A DNA stretch of 25,049 nt. It comes from Candidatus Bathyarchaeia archaeon (GTDB lineage: Archaea > Thermoproteota > Bathyarchaeia > Bathyarchaeales > Bathycorpusculaceae). Made by a program: the position numbers and the translations under genes. The notes beneath the pieces were generated by a model that saw nothing but the letters and a program-made list of their open reading frames with translations, had not been told where the DNA came from and searched no databases. Where the stretch lies: the NCBI GenBank assembly GCA_038883775.1, contig JAVZLM010000011.1:1-25049 (forward strand). Reading direction: 5' to 3'. Shown one piece after another: positions 7,118 through 16,705 of this stretch. Each line of letters starts with the position of its first letter. Position 1 is the stretch's first letter.

Positions 7118-7890
7118 AACCGATATTAACTATAGTAGAGAGGGATTTCAAGTATTTCTTCCGTTACAAGTGGTGGATTGCTGGAATGATTAGTATGAAC
7201 CTTGCTGACCTCTTCATAATGGCGATAGTCTACACAAATATGGTTAACCCAATAATCACAAAAGAATTTGTCTCATACTTTGTCTTCTTCGCTCCTGGTT
7301 TAACTATAACAGCGCTTTTTGCGGCTGCTTTTATGATTGGAAGGGAAATTAATATGGAGGTTAGGCGGGAGATTTCCCATTACATGTTGAGTTTGCCAAT
7401 AAAGAGGTGGGAACTAGCCATCGGAAGAGTTTTGTCTGGAGGCTTTAGAGGACTCATCTATATGGCTCCTCTTTTAGTCACAACCATAATAATAACTTAC
7501 ATTTACACTGGCAGCTTCCCTCCTCCACTACAGTTTTTGACGATTGTTGCAGCCTTGTTTTTGATATCCATTGGAACCTCTGGTCTAAGCATAGCCCTTG
7601 CCGTGTCAACAACAAGCTTTGAGAAGTACATAACTGCCAGAGGCGTCGTTTACTATGTGCTTTTCTTCTGCAGCACAGTATTTTACCCCATGCCCCTCAT
7701 ACAAACTGCGCTCCCTCAATTGGCCCTATTAGCCCAGTATAACCCTTTAAGCTGCGGCGCAGACCTCTCAAGAGCTTTTCTTTTGGGAAATCCGCCTTTC
7801 ACGCCGTTGATGCTGATTGACATAGCCTTTTTTGCGTTAGTTTTTGCCTCCCTTGCAACAGTCGCTTATATGAAAGTAACTCAAAAGTGA
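7108..7890 (+). CDS. ABC-2 type permease
   Basis: Multiple TM segments, YFVFFAPG, LSLPIKRWELAIGR, FYP..LP..QYNPLS; paralogous to the upstream permease. Confidence 0.9.
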   Translation: MAIKPILTIVERDFKYFFRYKWWIAGMISMNLADLFIMAIVYTNMVNPIITKEFVSYFVFFAPGLTITALFAAAFMIGREINMEVRREISHYMLSLPIKRWELAIGRVLSGGFRGLIYMAPLLVTTIIITYIYTGSFPPPLQFLTIVAALFLISIGTSGLSIALAVSTTSFEKYITARGVVYYVLFFCSTVFYPMPLIQTALPQLALLAQYNPLSCGADLSRAFLLGNPPFTPLMLIDIAFFALVFASLATVAYMKVTQK

Positions 7891-7968
7891 CCATGGTTAA
7901 ATTTATGAATATGAAAAGCGTATTTTCTTTCCTTCCACCGGTTAAAATTTGATTGGAAGGTTAAACTA

Positions 7969-9321
7969 TTGGATGAAGTGAAGGCTATCTTCGAGCCAAA
8001 AACTGTTATTCTAATAGGTTCGAGTACGCTTCAGGAAAAAGTTGGTATGGCTTCTCCGCAACTTTTTAAAAGCGTCATTTATAACATGAAGAAGTTCTTT
8101 CGTGGAAAAACCTACGTTCTGGATGTGGATGCAAGTCGTAAAAGTTTGAACGAATTGCCAGAAGTTCCTGAACTTGCTGTAATTATGCTTCCTCCAAGGC
8201 AATCAATTTTTATGGCGGAAAAATGTGCAGAAATGGGCGTAAAGGCTCTAGTTATTATCACTGGTGGATACAAAGATGCCCAGCGTGTAAAACTTGTTAA
8301 AATTAGAGAAAAGTATGGTATTCGAATTTTGGGACCAAACACTATTATGGGCGTCGTAAACACTGCCAATGGGTTAAACACAACCTTTGAAAGGAACATT
8401 ATGCCTAAAAGGGGAAACATAGCCGTAATCTCCCAAAGCGGTGGGGTTGGCGCTTGCATTCTTGACTGGGCTTGCTTCTACAATATTGGGATTAGCAAGT
8501 TCGCTTTTATGGGAGACAAAATAGACGTGGATGATGTCGACCTATTGCAGTATTTAAGCAGCGATAAACAAACGAAAGTTATATGTTTATACATGGAAGG
8601 CGTAAAGAATGGAAAAGCCTTCATAGAAACAGCGAGAAAAATTGTTAAGGAAAAGCCGATCCTGGCCTTAAAAGGCGGAATAACAGAAGAATCAGCGCAC
8701 AGAGCCAAATCGCATACAGCTTCGATGGCTGGAAAAGTCGAAATTTTTGACGCAGCCCTTAAAAAGGCTGGCATAATCCGAGTTGAAACTGTAGAAGAGT
8801 TGATGGACGCAGCCATAGCCCTTTCTAAACAGCCTCCAATGCGTGGAGACAATGTGGCTATAGTGAGCAATGTTGGCGGACCGGCAATTTTGGCTGGTGA
8901 CGCCGTTGCAAGAAACAATCTTAAACTCGCAGTTTTGACAGAAAAGACGAAAAGGAAAATTGAAAGCTTTTATCCGGGGGTGGATGCGGCAAACCCCATA
9001 GACATGATAGCTGATGCGAGAGCCGACAGATATGAGAAAGTTTTGGAGTTTGTGCTTTCAGACAAGAACGTTGACGGCGTCTTAATAATAAATATGCTTA
9101 AGTCATGCTTTTTTGAACCTGAAGACGCCAAAATAATCCCTAAAGTGGCGAAGAAATATCCGAACAAACCTGTTGTGGATGTTCCAGCTGGTGGGGAAGA
9201 TTTCGCTTTAGTTTTTAAAGTTTTGGGGAACTCGAATATTCCTTTGTATAATTTGCCTGAAAGGGCTGTTAAAGCCCTAAAAGTTTTGAGAGAGTATGGC
9301 AAAATAATCGAAAAGCATTAA
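7969..9321 (+). CDS. acdA: Acetate/acyl-CoA ligase (ADP-forming) alpha subunit
   Basis: RILGPNT.G, ISQSGG, LYMEG, phospho-His motif SHTAS, SNVGGP, NPIDM. No ATP-grasp beta domain in this ORF. Confidence 0.85.
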   Translation: MDEVKAIFEPKTVILIGSSTLQEKVGMASPQLFKSVIYNMKKFFRGKTYVLDVDASRKSLNELPEVPELAVIMLPPRQSIFMAEKCAEMGVKALVIITGGYKDAQRVKLVKIREKYGIRILGPNTIMGVVNTANGLNTTFERNIMPKRGNIAVISQSGGVGACILDWACFYNIGISKFAFMGDKIDVDDVDLLQYLSSDKQTKVICLYMEGVKNGKAFIETARKIVKEKPILALKGGITEESAHRAKSHTASMAGKVEIFDAALKKAGIIRVETVEELMDAAIALSKQPPMRGDNVAIVSNVGGPAILAGDAVARNNLKLAVLTEKTKRKIESFYPGVDAANPIDMIADARADRYEKVLEFVLSDKNVDGVLIINMLKSCFFEPEDAKIIPKVAKKYPNKPVVDVPAGGEDFALVFKVLGNSNIPLYNLPERAVKALKVLREYGKIIEKH

Positions 9322-9379
9322 CTATATTTTGTAGACTATATATTCTATTTTTGGTTAGCTTGTTCATTAAGGTGGAAAA

Positions 9380-11074
9380 TTGGTTCAAGACTCAAAGCTG
9401 TTTGGCGAAATTCTTGATTTTTGTAGCTGTGTTGCTGATGCTGATAGGATACTTGCTGCTTGTATTTGTGGCGATTATGCTTTAGGCTTTTCTGATGCGA
9501 AGGGTTTTGTTGAGGTTTTGCTTATAGTTAGGGGTTTCCAGCCTAAACTTATGAATTATTTGAAGGTTTTTGGAAAAAGAAGCGTTGTTGTTTTGGTTGT
9601 TGACCAAGGAGTTTTTGAAATGGATGTGGAGCGAGGATTTTTGGGTGAGGCTTTTGCAAGTGGGCTTCTTTTTCCATACATAGCCTTAGTTAACAAGGAT
9701 TATCTTCGCTTTCAAGAGGTTAAGTTGAAGAAGCGTTTAATCCTTGAACTTTTGGAGAATCTTGTCTTGGCTTTTCCAGAACTCTCTTACGAGTTTCACA
9801 TAAAGCCAGAATATTTTCTTTATGAAACCATTTTGAGTAGGGCTCGCCTTTTTCCACCAATGCTTTCTAATGTTTTTAATTTTATGCGGAAAGATGTTAA
9901 AAAGAGGAATGTGAGGAGTTCTTTGAAAGGGTATTTAGAAGCATTAAAGGATTTGGAAGGTGAAAATGTAATCAATTTTTCAGATGGTTATGTGAAAATT
10001 TGCAAAGAGTTTGTGGATAAAGCGAAAAGCCGAAAAGTTCGCTTTACAAGCCTCTTTAAAACCGCTCAGAGGGCTTTATTCGCTTCTTTGCTCGGAATTT
10101 TTCCGAAAACATTAGGCTTTCTTTCACAAAACAGAGAAGTGTTCTCCAGAGTTCAAAAGTTTTCCAAAGACGATTCAAAAACTATTCACGAGATTGAGGA
10201 GCCCCAAAGCTACTTGTATGTTCCAACCGCCAGCGGGCTTGTTCCATTGGCAAGTAAGGTTGATATTGAAACTTTTGCTAGGAAAGTGCTCTGTGCTGGT
10301 GAGGATGTGAAGGTTGAGGTTGAGGAGATTGGGGGTGTTTTGAATGATGTTTATTTGGTTAGGGCTTCTGGGAATGGCGTGGAAAGGAAGATTGTTGTTA
10401 AAAGTTTTAGGGATTGGTCAAGTTTTAAGTGGTTTCCACTAACTTTATGGACTTTTGGAACAAGAACCTTCGCCGTTTCGGGTTTGTCAAGGTTAGAGAG
10501 GGAGTGCGCCATAAGCCAACTTTTACATTCCAAGGGTTTTGCTGTGCCAAAGATTTTTCATGTAAGCCATGGTAAACGCTTAATTTTTATGGAGTATGCG
10601 GAGGGCGAAAGCCTAAACAAGGTTGTGAAGAGGATTTTAGCTTCAAAGAGTGTGGGCGATGTAGCGAAAGATTTAGAAGTTGTAAGGAGAGTTGGAGAGG
10701 AATTCGCTAAAATTCACGCTTTGGGCATTGCTTTAGGCGACACAAAGCCCGAAAACATCCTCATCGGGAACAATGGGGCAATTTACTTTTTAGATTTTGA
10801 GCAGGCTTCACGAAATGGCGACAAGGTTTGGGATATAGCTGAATTCCTTTATTATGCTGGTCATTACGCTTCGCCTCTCGTTGGTATCCGTCCACCCCAG
10901 CTTATTGCAGAGGCTTTTATTAAGGGTTATTTGGCGGCTGGCGGGGATGCCAAAATTGTTAAGGATGCTGGCAAGCCAAAATATACGAAGGTTTTTAGCG
11001 TTTTTACCCTTCCGCATGTAATGTTGGTTATTTCAAACACTTGTAGAAAGGCTGATAAACTGAAAAAGGGATGA
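9380..11074 (+). CDS. Degenerate nucleotidyltransferase-like N-domain fused to an atypical (Bud32/RIO/Kdo-like) kinase
   Basis: Kinase motifs IGGVLNDVY, VVKSF, RLERE, MEY, LGDTKPENI, LDFE. N-terminal AACICGDYALG..VEVLLIV resembles the Pol-beta GS..DxD strand pattern. Confidence 0.75.
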   Translation: MVQDSKLFGEILDFCSCVADADRILAACICGDYALGFSDAKGFVEVLLIVRGFQPKLMNYLKVFGKRSVVVLVVDQGVFEMDVERGFLGEAFASGLLFPYIALVNKDYLRFQEVKLKKRLILELLENLVLAFPELSYEFHIKPEYFLYETILSRARLFPPMLSNVFNFMRKDVKKRNVRSSLKGYLEALKDLEGENVINFSDGYVKICKEFVDKAKSRKVRFTSLFKTAQRALFASLLGIFPKTLGFLSQNREVFSRVQKFSKDDSKTIHEIEEPQSYLYVPTASGLVPLASKVDIETFARKVLCAGEDVKVEVEEIGGVLNDVYLVRASGNGVERKIVVKSFRDWSSFKWFPLTLWTFGTRTFAVSGLSRLERECAISQLLHSKGFAVPKIFHVSHGKRLIFMEYAEGESLNKVVKRILASKSVGDVAKDLEVVRRVGEEFAKIHALGIALGDTKPENILIGNNGAIYFLDFEQASRNGDKVWDIAEFLYYAGHYASPLVGIRPPQLIAEAFIKGYLAAGGDAKIVKDAGKPKYTKVFSVFTLPHVMLVISNTCRKADKLKKG

Positions 11075-12414
11075 GCATGGTTAAGGATGAAACAACCATA
11101 ACCTTTTACGGCGGAGTAAACGAGGTTGGCGGAAACAAAATCTTACTGAAGGATAGAGATACAAGGGTTTTCTTTGATTTCGGCATGTCCTTCTCCATGA
11201 AGAGACAATTTTATTCTCCGCCTTTCCTATCGCCTAAAAGCGAAAAAAGCCTCCAAGCCTTAGGAATTTTGCCAAAAATTGATGGTGTATACAAGTTTGA
11301 CGAGAAAGCGCCTGAAATAGATGCTGTTTTTGTTTCTCATGGGCATATGGACCATTCCGCCTATTTATCCTTCATAAAACGTGAAATTCCAGTTTACTGT
11401 GGCGAAACAACGCAGATTATTTTGCAAGCGATGAGTGAAATGCGTAGAGCCGATTTAGAGTTTGATGTTGAGGGTATAAAATTTGAGACTTTTAGGACTG
11501 GACGAAAAATACGTGTTGGTGGTTTGGAAATTTTACCAATTCACGTTGATCATTCTGTTCCCGGGGCCTATGGCTTTATTATTCAAACTTCTAGTGGCGT
11601 TGTTGTTTATAGTGGAGATTTTCGGATGCATGGAGCAAAGCCTAAGATGACTAGGGAGTTTGTTGAGAGAGCGAAAGAAAGTGAGCCCGTGGCTGTTGTT
11701 TCTGAAGCCACAAACATGACTGGCGCATCCGTTTCTTCTGAAAGTGAAGTGGAAAGTAAATTGAATGACATTGTCAAGCAAGCCGATGGTATTGTTTTGG
11801 CTGATTTTGCCTCCACAGATGTGGATAGGCTTAATTCCTTTTATCGAATTGCTAAAAAAACAGAGCGATGTTTCACTGTTTCGCTGAGACAAGCCTACCT
11901 CATCGAAGCACTACAAAAGGACAAGGGTTTAAGGCTTCCAGCCTTGAGTGATGAGAGTATTTTGATTTTTCGAAAGTCGAAGAAGAAATATGAAAATTGG
12001 GAAAACGCTATTGTTGAAAAGTATAAGGACAAAATTTTTGACGCTTCGATGCTTCGAAAAACGCAGCGTAAAGCCATATTAGCTATGTCCCTTTATGATT
12101 TTGAGGAACTCGTGGAAATCCAACCAGACGCCGGAAGCTGCTATATATTATCAGCTTCTGAACCCTTCAATGAGGAAATGGAAATAGACTTTGAAAGACT
12201 CCTTAATTGGCTTAGGCATTATGGACTGCCACAGTATCATGTGCATGTCTCGGGACACATAATGCCCCTACAACTTAAAAAAATGCTTAAGGAGATGAAT
12301 GCATCAAAAATTTTTCCAGTGCATACTGAAAATGCAGAATTATTCGCCAAATTCATGCAAGACTTGAAAAGCAAAATCATGCTCGCCGAGAAGGGTAAGG
12401 AATACAAAATTTAA
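11071..12414 (+). CDS. Metallo-beta-lactamase/beta-CASP nuclease (RNase J-like)
   Basis: GGVNEVGGN, FFDFG, SHGHMDH, DHSVPGA, SGDFR, SEATN, HVSGH, PVHTE. ATGA overlap with the kinase gene. Confidence 0.88.
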   Translation: MSMVKDETTITFYGGVNEVGGNKILLKDRDTRVFFDFGMSFSMKRQFYSPPFLSPKSEKSLQALGILPKIDGVYKFDEKAPEIDAVFVSHGHMDHSAYLSFIKREIPVYCGETTQIILQAMSEMRRADLEFDVEGIKFETFRTGRKIRVGGLEILPIHVDHSVPGAYGFIIQTSSGVVVYSGDFRMHGAKPKMTREFVERAKESEPVAVVSEATNMTGASVSSESEVESKLNDIVKQADGIVLADFASTDVDRLNSFYRIAKKTERCFTVSLRQAYLIEALQKDKGLRLPALSDESILIFRKSKKKYENWENAIVEKYKDKIFDASMLRKTQRKAILAMSLYDFEELVEIQPDAGSCYILSASEPFNEEMEIDFERLLNWLRHYGLPQYHVHVSGHIMPLQLKKMLKEMNASKIFPVHTENAELFAKFMQDLKSKIMLAEKGKEYKI

Positions 12415-12444
12415 CATCTTGAAGGCGTTGAATATAAAAGGAAG

Positions 12445-14718
12445 TTACTTAAGAATGGTGCTTGTTATCATGGGGTCTCTGGATAACATTTCGTAAACAT
12501 CTGTTAAATCTATTTTTATGCCAAGAATTTCACTAATGCCGTTATCTATTTCTCTCTTCTCTTTTGGGCTGGAAAATTCTTCTGGAAATGGCTTTAATGT
12601 TTTATTAGCCATTTCATCATAAAGGTCTAAGAATGCTTGTTTTTGTTTTTCGCGTAGTTTCCGTAAATTGATAACTGGAAGACCCCATAACCCACCACCG
12701 TCCTCTTTATCCCCCTTCTTAAACTCAATCCAAGGGCCTCTTGTAACTTCTGATGCTGATAAAAGTAATAATAAACCAAAAGTAGAATTCAGCCATAATG
12801 CCAAAATTTTAGCGTCTTCTTCATTTCGTGTTATGATGCTCCACCACATACTTGACACGACTGGCTCGGATACAAATATTGATAAGGTTCTATTTGTTGG
12901 AAGCCAAGCTCTGTAAGCAATTAAAAGGTTACCCCTTTTTTCCCATATTTTTCTGGCGGCGTTCACATTTTTTGGTTTAAGGTTTGTGTTAGGCACTTGA
13001 GCAATAGTTTTCACTTCTTCCGAACGTTGACCCCAAAATCCTTTATAAATACCAAATTTATCCATTTCAAAGGTTTTAGATACTTGTCCGCAATCAATAC
13101 CTATATCGCTGACTATTTCTGATAAAGGAGCTAAAGGAATATTTTTCGGAATTATCCCCTCCTTCGGTAAGTAAAGAACTCCTTTTCTTAGAAGTGAAGT
13201 TATACGGTTTAGTTCCGCTTGAGCAAAGAAAGAGACATGCCCAAACTGATTTTCATCTAAAAATGCAGAGTAGGATTCTCCGATTTTCTTACCCCTCAGT
13301 CTAATAGCGAAAAAGGAAGCATTCGAATTGTGAATATCAAATAATTTTGGATTATTATACACCTCCAAAAGCTGAGACCCTATGGAAATAGCCTCAATTT
13401 CATTTTTCGGCTTGCTCCACAAATTTGCAAAAATAGTATAATCCGCTTTTTCTCCATCCTTTAATTTCCTTGCAACCATCAAAACTTCACTTAAATTAGT
13501 ATTTTCGCTAAAATTCCAATTATTACTCCCTTCAAAGCTTGTAATTATATATTCTAAATGATAATCGCTCAACAATTTCTCTCTAACCTTCTTCCATGAA
13601 GACCCAGAAAGAATAGACCTAGGCAAAACAAGCCCTAACCTTCCACCCTTAACCAAATACTTATCTGCCACAAACACAAACACTGCAGCAGAACCAGCTT
13701 GTCCTATACCACTCAGCCCTTTCTTATTTAATATTCGACTTAAATCCTCTTGCAGAGTCTTTCTTTCCGAGGGTGGAACTCCACCAAAAAGCAGATTTCC
13801 AATAGTGCTTCTTGTAAATGGCGGGTTCATTATACAAATGTGAAAGTTTGGCAGCTCAACCTCAGTCACCTCTTTCTCCGTAACAGTTGATTTCACCGGA
13901 CCTATTTTTCCTCCCCCTATCAGTTCAGTAGCTTTCAAATATGGAGATTCCAAAAAATCTATGCTTCCCAAATAATGCTCTTTGCCTTCTATTCCAAGCT
14001 TCAATGCATAAATTCTTGAATCCTGAATTGGTGAAGGATTATGAAGAGAAAGTGTTGTCATCGTAAGATGAGTTGCATGTTGCAAAACATCAAAACCCCA
14101 AAGCCCTTCTTCAATTAAATACTTATGAAAATCTTCCATATTCATGCTTTCTGCTTCCAATCTATATTTCAGTTCAAGTTCCTTGTAAACCGCTGATAAC
14201 AAAGTTCCTGAACCGCATGCAAAATCGATAACCCTAATAGGTTCACCATCAAATTTTACAGGAATCCCCATTTCTATATTTGAGAGATTTACCAGCAATC
14301 TTGCCAATAATCTTGCCGCAGGTATTGAAGTATAGAGAGTAGCATAATATTTTATCAGTTTACCAAGAAGAAGCGTGTGATAAACTCTCCCAAATAAGTC
14401 ATGCTTCAGAAGAATAGGAGACGAAGCTATGTCATAGGCTATATCTATCAAATCTTTTAAACCAGTATTTACATTTGGAGAAGCGGGAAGCACCTTCAAA
14501 ATATCTTGAGCTATTTTAAAAATTGGTTGATAATTTTTTTTCAAAATCTCAGCCCATGCGTCCTCAAAACTCTTCTTTATGTTCGCTTTGTATTTAATGG
14601 AAGAAAGGGTTTCAATAGTGGGGTCTTTTCTTGCCAAAACTTCCTGAAACACCATAGCATCAATTAATAATATCGCTGAAGTTGCAAGAATCTTCTGTTC
14701 ATCCTCTTTATTTCTCAT
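12445..14718 (-). CDS. N6-adenine DNA methyltransferase with C-terminal target-recognition region (type IIG-like M-S part)
   Basis: Motif I VIDFACGSGTLL precedes motif IV MNPPF (gamma order). GRLGLVLP present. Long C-terminal region with LWLNSTFG. Confidence 0.88.
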   Translation of the reverse strand: MRNKEDEQKILATSAILLIDAMVFQEVLARKDPTIETLSSIKYKANIKKSFEDAWAEILKKNYQPIFKIAQDILKVLPASPNVNTGLKDLIDIAYDIASSPILLKHDLFGRVYHTLLLGKLIKYYATLYTSIPAARLLARLLVNLSNIEMGIPVKFDGEPIRVIDFACGSGTLLSAVYKELELKYRLEAESMNMEDFHKYLIEEGLWGFDVLQHATHLTMTTLSLHNPSPIQDSRIYALKLGIEGKEHYLGSIDFLESPYLKATELIGGGKIGPVKSTVTEKEVTEVELPNFHICIMNPPFTRSTIGNLLFGGVPPSERKTLQEDLSRILNKKGLSGIGQAGSAAVFVFVADKYLVKGGRLGLVLPRSILSGSSWKKVREKLLSDYHLEYIITSFEGSNNWNFSENTNLSEVLMVARKLKDGEKADYTIFANLWSKPKNEIEAISIGSQLLEVYNNPKLFDIHNSNASFFAIRLRGKKIGESYSAFLDENQFGHVSFFAQAELNRITSLLRKGVLYLPKEGIIPKNIPLAPLSEIVSDIGIDCGQVSKTFEMDKFGIYKGFWGQRSEEVKTIAQVPNTNLKPKNVNAARKIWEKRGNLLIAYRAWLPTNRTLSIFVSEPVVSSMWWSIITRNEEDAKILALWLNSTFGLLLLLSASEVTRGPWIEFKKGDKEDGGGLWGLPVINLRKLREKQKQAFLDLYDEMANKTLKPFPEEFSSPKEKREIDNGISEILGIKIDLTDVYEMLSRDPMITSTILK

Positions 14719-15316
14719 TTTTCTCTCCCTTTCTTAACTCCAAAATCTTTTTTAATCTATCGATATTTGGGGCATCCATCATTACCCTACCACTAAAAGA
14801 TGAAATTTTTTCCTCCATTCTTCCTATTACCTTATCTAAAACATCCTCCTTAATTAAAGCATCATAGACCATCATTACACATGCAACTAAATTTTGAAAG
14901 TCAATGTTTTCATAAAATTCTGGCGTCTTTCTTGCTTGAGGTATCCATCTATCCAACCCAACTCTGTCCACATACGTAAGAAAACCAACATTAAAAGTCC
15001 CTGTCTTCAAAGCGCCTTTTATGGCTTTCTGGTCTACATGCATTTGCGTTTGTCTTCCAAGCGACAAATTCACATATTCAACCATCATTACAATATCACA
15101 TAATCCATTATCTATCCTACCACATGCGTTTCCATACAATTCTTCTCTTTTCCCTAAATATTTCCCTTCAATTATTACTCTTACACCATTAATATCTATA
15201 AGAACATCTGGCATTTTTCTTCTAATTATCACTTCTCCTATCGCTTTAAGACCTGACTCTGCCAAAAGTTCAGCTAACATTATATTTAGATTTTCTTCTC
15301 TAACCCTTTCCCACAT
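14708..15316 (-). CDS. Putative PD-(D/E)xK restriction endonuclease domain protein
   Basis: E..PDVLIDINGVRVIIEGK catalytic motif. Overlaps the start of the methyltransferase gene by 11 nt. Confidence 0.75.
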   Translation of the reverse strand: MWERVREENLNIMLAELLAESGLKAIGEVIIRRKMPDVLIDINGVRVIIEGKYLGKREELYGNACGRIDNGLCDIVMMVEYVNLSLGRQTQMHVDQKAIKGALKTGTFNVGFLTYVDRVGLDRWIPQARKTPEFYENIDFQNLVACVMMVYDALIKEDVLDKVIGRMEEKISSFSGRVMMDAPNIDRLKKILELRKGEKNEK

Positions 15317-15561
15317 AGTTTACACCTACTCCCTCCCATGCTGTGTTTAGGAACATCTCTGACTTCATAATTCCTATTAAGACTACTGTATTTACATAGT
15401 ATTAACTTTTGCATTACTATATTCAAACACCCTTACAATTTTCATTTATTTAGGTCTATCATAAAGGTGGTGAAATTCCTCTTTTTGGAAAATGGTTTGT
15501 CACTTAGTTTTATTTTCTCTACTCTATCCTCTCTAGAATTTTGGAAAGTTATACCGTGAAT

Positions 15562-15581
15562 CCTAAAGATTAATCTTTAGG
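15562..15581. promoter_or_regulatory. Perfect 20-bp palindrome, candidate operator
   Basis: CCTAAAGATTAATCTTTAGG in the divergent intergenic region. Direct repeats TAACGTAT at 15604-15611 and 15616-15623. Confidence 0.55.
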
Positions 15582-15648
15582 TTTTGTTGTGTGTTTGGAT
15601 TCATAACGTATAAGTTAACGTATCAACTCTTGATATTCACGATAGACA

Positions 15649-15876
15649 ATGAAGGTCAACCGCCAAATACTAATGCTCATCCACACCTTGGGCTTAAGCT
15701 GCCTAGGAGGCGCAATATTCCTCCAAATCCTAGTTTTCGCAGATATTCTCCAACATGGCTATTTCATGGCGGTTGAAAACAACCCAGCCATCCTCTTCCT
15801 TGAAATAATTTTAACAGCCTTCGCAGTTATCTACTTCATATACATATACCAGCGCCTAATCCGCTCAATAAAATAG
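15649..15876 (+). CDS. Small membrane protein (2 TM), unknown function
   Basis: 75 aa with two hydrophobic segments around a short loop (QHGYFMAVENNP) and a basic C-tail. Confidence 0.75.
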   Translation: MKVNRQILMLIHTLGLSCLGGAIFLQILVFADILQHGYFMAVENNPAILFLEIILTAFAVIYFIYIYQRLIRSIK

Positions 15877-15959
15877 CGTTTTTGTGTTCGGAACCGTCAG
15901 AAATTGTTAAATAAACTTCTCTAAAAGATAAAGCATTAACTCCTTAAAATGGTGATGAT

Positions 15960-16691
15960 ATGATTAAATCAAAAGTTAATGTTTTAGCAACTGTTGGCAT
16001 CTTGATTATCGCATCAATTTTCGCAAGAACAACCTTAGCCTACGCATCTGAAGAGCTGATAGAGTTCTTTTCAGAGGATTATCCTGGAATATCATTAAAA
16101 GCAGAAGCCACAAACGAAACAAAACCAAATGAAAGTTTGACCCTAAAAATCTGGATAAACTGTACAGCCCGCGGCGTCGAAGTCGAACACTTAAAACTTG
16201 CGGTGTACGGCTTTGCAGAGGGCAGAGAGAAAACCCTATTGTACAGCGCTCAAGTGCTAAATAATACTGCATTGGAGCTTGACGAGATTCGCTATGAAAA
16301 TTTCACCGTAAGCGTGCCTGGAAATGTTTGGGGTCGAGCTCTTGCAGAAATAAGGGTAACGTACTCTATTATGAAAACGCCAATGCCAGACATTAATCCA
16401 AGCTTTTCAATAACATTCGTTGAAAATGTCGCCTACAAAGAACTCGAAGAAAAATATAAGAATTTAACGGAATTTTTTGATGAGCTTAATGAAACTTTCT
16501 TTGAAAACTTTGAAATGAACCTCACCCTAGAAAATTTGGCTAAGCTAAATAATACATTGAAAGAGCTTCAGGGAAGGTTAGGTGAGCTTAATACTACGAG
16601 GGTTGCTGTGGGAGTTTTAGCCATAATAGCCTTCTTCTTTGTCATAACCACCCTATATTTGGCTATGCGAAAACCAAAACAGTACTGGTAA
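15960..16691 (+). CDS. Secreted, C-terminally membrane-anchored surface protein
   Basis: SD GGTGA, signal peptide ending AYA, beta-rich domain, many N-x-T/S sequons, coiled coil, TM helix, RKPK tail. Confidence 0.85.
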   Translation: MIKSKVNVLATVGILIIASIFARTTLAYASEELIEFFSEDYPGISLKAEATNETKPNESLTLKIWINCTARGVEVEHLKLAVYGFAEGREKTLLYSAQVLNNTALELDEIRYENFTVSVPGNVWGRALAEIRVTYSIMKTPMPDINPSFSITFVENVAYKELEEKYKNLTEFFDELNETFFENFEMNLTLENLAKLNNTLKELQGRLGELNTTRVAVGVLAIIAFFFVITTLYLAMRKPKQYW

Positions 16692-16705
16692 ACATTCCCT
16701 TTTCT

